Positions 61,146 to 64,000 of a stretch of 64,000 nt of DNA are shown here, piece by piece. The position numbers and the translations under genes were made by a program. The notes beneath the pieces were generated by a model. That model searched no databases, was not told the origin of the DNA, and saw nothing but the letters and a program-made list of their open reading frames with translations. The DNA comes from Candidatus Poribacteria bacterium (GTDB lineage Bacteria; Poribacteria; WGA-4E; WGA-3G), in contig OZ251518.1 in assembly GCA_965242965.1 (NCBI GenBank), positions 1,504,001 to 1,568,000 of the forward strand, written 5' to 3'. How positions within the stretch are numbered: the stretch's first letter is position 1; the number at the start of each line of letters is the position of its first letter.

Positions 61146-61808
61146 TTAAAACCTAGGACTTCCATCCGGCTGATGGACGTATTCAAACGTCACGAAGCCG
61201 CTGTCCTGCTTGTTCTCATTATCCTTGTAATATCCGACGAAGCGGAGTTTGGCGAACGTTCCATCCGCCGCCTTCACAACAAACACCCTGTCTTCCAAGG
61301 GTAAAATCCAGTGTGTCGGCGGGCCCGTGTAGAGATACCATCCCTTCTCGCTTTGCGGCACGATGGCGAGCGTATCGGCAGTGTCAGCGACGTAACCGTC
61401 TGCCGGTGCAGTCGCGACTGCCGCGAACGTCGTCTCGGTAAGCATCACAACGCTGCCCGCGCCGGGGCCGCTGATGCCGCCGTTAAGTTTGACCTGGGTT
61501 CGCTGGAAGCCGATGTCCCACGCCTCCGACGTGGCGGCATCTTCAACGTCCACAACATCACCGGTAGCAAAGGCGAAGTATGTCCACGCCTCCCTATTCG
61601 TTGCGTCAATTGTGAACGTCACCGCTTCCAGCATCTCAATGGGTTCCGCAAGCGGTTCTTCTGCCTCTGTGGTAACCGTCTCGGTAGTTCCCGGTTCCGC
61701 GAGGAGGTGTTCAAGGGTTTCCTCATCAGCCGAGTTGCAACCGAAAAGGATGCACAACCCCAACCCGATGAGAACCTGCCAGTTAACAAAACCTCTGACT
61801 TTTTCCAT
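61146..61808 (-). CDS. hmuY: HmuY-family haem-binding lipoprotein
   Basis: Lipobox LFGC; WTYFAFATG, WDIGFQR, NGGISGPG, GWYLY, FAKLRFVGYY. Confidence 0.8.
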   Translation of the reverse strand: MEKVRGFVNWQVLIGLGLCILFGCNSADEETLEHLLAEPGTTETVTTEAEEPLAEPIEMLEAVTFTIDATNREAWTYFAFATGDVVDVEDAATSEAWDIGFQRTQVKLNGGISGPGAGSVVMLTETTFAAVATAPADGYVADTADTLAIVPQSEKGWYLYTGPPTHWILPLEDRVFVVKAADGTFAKLRFVGYYKDNENKQDSGFVTFEYVHQPDGSPRF

Positions 61809-61933
61809 CGTAATTCTCCTTATGATGAGCGGCGCGGTTTGGAACCTCGCCGCTCTGTAGCGAATGCGCGCTTGGAGAGCGCGCCTGCAGGAAATAGAGG
61901 ACGCGCGCGATGCCGCGCCCTACAACGTGCGAA

Positions 61934-62167
61934 TCAAACCTTGATTGACACGTCCATGTTCTCCAAGTTGAGTTCCTCAGTCACCGGCTTTTCTGCCTCC
62001 TGCAGAATGCGCACGGCTTCGCTGAAAACATCGGCGACTTGGAAGAAATCGTTGGCATCCATGGCGATGTCCAAGGTGCGGTAGCGGAAATGGATGTGCC
62101 CTTCAAGACATTGATAAATGGCACACACATCGCCTTGCGATAAGAATTCGGTTCTATAACGACTCAT
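61934..62167 (-). CDS. small Cys/His-containing hypothetical protein
   Basis: GGAGG RBS; CAIYQCLEGHIH motif; lies within the haem operon. Confidence 0.65.
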   Translation of the reverse strand: MSRYRTEFLSQGDVCAIYQCLEGHIHFRYRTLDIAMDANDFFQVADVFSEAVRILQEAEKPVTEELNLENMDVSIKV

Positions 62168-62199
62168 TTCAAACCTCCCATAATTTCGGGGGTAGTAGC

Positions 62200-62835
62200 C
62201 TACTGGCGGTGTTTAATCGCCGCCCACGTCGTTGTTGCCTTTTGGCGGACATCAACGCTAGTAGGTTCGGATTCTGCTTCAACGAGATTGCGGCTGCCAT
62301 CGTCTTGCAAAGCATATTCGATGCTGATGTGCGCCGCGCCCTCTTTGGCTTCGTTGTTTGCGTAATAGCCGATGAAGCGGAGTTTCGCAAAATTGCCGTC
62401 TGCTGTCTGTAAGACATAGACTTTGGGGTTCGGCAAAACCCAGTGATTCGGCGGTCCGGTATAGGTATACCATCCATCGCCTCGCGCGAACGTTGCAATC
62501 TGCTCCGTATCGGCGACATAATCGCCTTCTGGAGCCTCAAGGACATCTTCATAAGCGACATCCTTCACTGCGATTGCGCCGCCTTCGCCGGGACCGCTGG
62601 TACCGCCGTTGATGATAACCTCGGTTCGCTTGCAACCGAGGTCCCACTCCATCGCAGTCTCGGCATCGTCTACTTCGACTACCTCGCCTGCGAGGAGATT
62701 TACATACGCCCAATTGTCGCGGCTAGTCGCGTTAATCGTGAGCGTGTTTTGGTGAATTTCAGCGTGCGCGCCCAAAAGCACGCAGCTGAAAGCGAAAAGG
62801 ACAAGTGAAGTTGTGAAAAACGTGTGCCTTTTCAT
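62200..62835 (-). CDS. hmuY: HmuY-family protein with signal peptide and C-terminal TTTW tail
   Basis: WDLGCKR, NGGTSGPG, GWYTY, FAKLRFIGYY; ends VDVRQKATTTWAAIKHRQ. Confidence 0.8.
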   Translation of the reverse strand: MKRHTFFTTSLVLFAFSCVLLGAHAEIHQNTLTINATSRDNWAYVNLLAGEVVEVDDAETAMEWDLGCKRTEVIINGGTSGPGEGGAIAVKDVAYEDVLEAPEGDYVADTEQIATFARGDGWYTYTGPPNHWVLPNPKVYVLQTADGNFAKLRFIGYYANNEAKEGAAHISIEYALQDDGSRNLVEAESEPTSVDVRQKATTTWAAIKHRQ

Positions 62836-62852
62836 CTCAAATAACTCCTTTG

Positions 62853-64000
62853 TTAGTATGATAAGGAGAGGCCGCCATAAAATGAACGGCCGACAAACGT
62901 GTAAAATGTCGGAATTTTGAAGTCGAAAATGTTATTGCACCCGAACACGGCTTTGAACGATTTGAAGAGCGTCTTGGAGACGCGGACGTTCCAAATCCAG
63001 TAACTCGGCGCGAATTCGTCCGGCTCAAGCACTTTGTCTCCATCGTCAAAAAACCCCCATTGACTTGCGTATCGCCCGCGCAGACCGGCGTGGAAACCGC
63101 TGTTGTCATGCCAATACGCTAGTTTCAGCGTGCCGCTATGCGTGGAACGGTTCAGTAACGGTAATCCGCTCGCCTTGTCCGCGCCGCGCAAGTAGGCATA
63201 CCCGACTGTCGAAGTGAAACCGCCGATTGAACCGATAACGGCTTCAACGTCAAACCCCTCCGTGAACGCCTCGCTGATGTTCTGGTATTGGAACTTACTG
63301 CCGCCCGCCGCACTTCTCCCGATGCGCTCCGCCTCAATCAGATTGCTCAGATCATTGCGATACAGGTGAATCCGCCCAAGCAGACCCTCGGCTACCTGAT
63401 ATTCCACGCCGAAATTCCAACTATGTGAGGATTCAGGCTGAAGTGCTGGATTGCCCAAGACCTGGTATCCGGAAGTAACGTTCGTGAAATCGAGATAGAG
63501 GTTCTTGAAATCGGGCGCGCGGAACCCTTGGCCATACGAAGCCCGCACCCGCAAATCGTCTGTTATCCGATACAGCGTGCTCACCTTTGGACTCAGATGC
63601 ATGCCAAATTCGGAATGATTGTCCAAACGGCCGCCTACTACAAGCGCGATGGCTGCAATGGGCCGGAACTCGTTTTGGAGAAAGAACGAATTGGTAACGA
63701 GCCCGCGCTCCCCGCTGATGATGCGTTGAGATTGCAGGTTTTCAAGGATAACCTCCCCGCCAAGACTCAGGTGATGCTTCTCCCGAAGAACCGTGTTGAA
63801 TTGGACTTCGCCTTTCCCCAAGTCTTGGATATTCAGGTTCCGGGAAGTCGTCCTGCCGGTGCTTCTGTCAAGGACGGTGGATTCGTCATCGTATCGGGTT
63901 GCGTAGAGTTTGCCTATCAACTTTGCCTGCGGGTTAAACGTGTGTGCCACGCCAAAACTGCCGCTAAAATTCTCAATGTCGCCGAGCCGGTCAAACGCGA
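62853..64000 (-). CDS. TonB-dependent receptor (5' part outside the window)
   Basis: GGRLDNHSEFG, RASYGQGFRAP, GNPALQPE, NNIFD, terminal aromatic residue (GLSLSY). Confidence 0.92.
   Translation of the reverse strand, partial: AFDRLGDIENFSGSFGVAHTFNPQAKLIGKLYATRYDDESTVLDRSTGRTTSRNLNIQDLGKGEVQFNTVLREKHHLSLGGEVILENLQSQRIISGERGLVTNSFFLQNEFRPIAAIALVVGGRLDNHSEFGMHLSPKVSTLYRITDDLRVRASYGQGFRAPDFKNLYLDFTNVTSGYQVLGNPALQPESSHSWNFGVEYQVAEGLLGRIHLYRNDLSNLIEAERIGRSAAGGSKFQYQNISEAFTEGFDVEAVIGSIGGFTSTVGYAYLRGADKASGLPLLNRSTHSGTLKLAYWHDNSGFHAGLRGRYASQWGFFDDGDKVLEPDEFAPSYWIWNVRVSKTLFKSFKAVFGCNNIFDFKIPTFYTFVGRSFYGGLSLSY

Noticed and set aside
1-64000. Autonomous transposase, RAYT, integrase, prophage, rRNA or tRNA genes
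   Set aside because: No ORF with DDE, HUH or recombinase motifs and no recognisable rRNA or tRNA sequence was found by eye; the mobilising enzymes must lie outside the window if they exist.

Overview
Bacterial chromosomal window, moderately GC-rich. It is probably from Candidatus Poribacteria or a relative; this is inferred from the C-terminal 'V(E/D)xxxKxTTTWxx(L/I)K' tails, the LRR-dockerin-'NYPNPFNPETWIPY' surface proteins and the repeat landscape. Gene content: an ElbD-like multidomain lipid enzyme (FAR-adenylation-ACP-acyltransferase) with a HAD-IB phosphatase; a cNMP-PP2C phosphatase; a GT-C glycosyltransferase; a DNA methyltransferase-Mrr-like fusion; two large LRR surface proteins (one di-haem cytochrome c plus cohesin and dockerin); a TPP-riboswitch thiamine operon interrupted by a HEPN-MNT toxin-antitoxin pair; two TAXI receptors; a type III R-M pair; orphan ABC components; a ferritin-like gene; and a haem uptake operon (TonB receptor, two HmuY, HmuTUV). 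The main unexplained structure is non-coding. Nearly every intergenic gap holds many families of GTAG-initiated REP-like hairpins showing compensatory covariation. Many clusters are packaged between a 15-bp terminal inverted repeat (TGAGGGTGTTTCATA...TATGAAACACCCTCA). Five such cassettes have perfect 6-bp target-site duplications, so they look like MITEs with variable REP cargo. The same hairpins also insert in-frame into proteins and supply stop codons. No transposase, RAYT, cas, rRNA or tRNA gene was seen.
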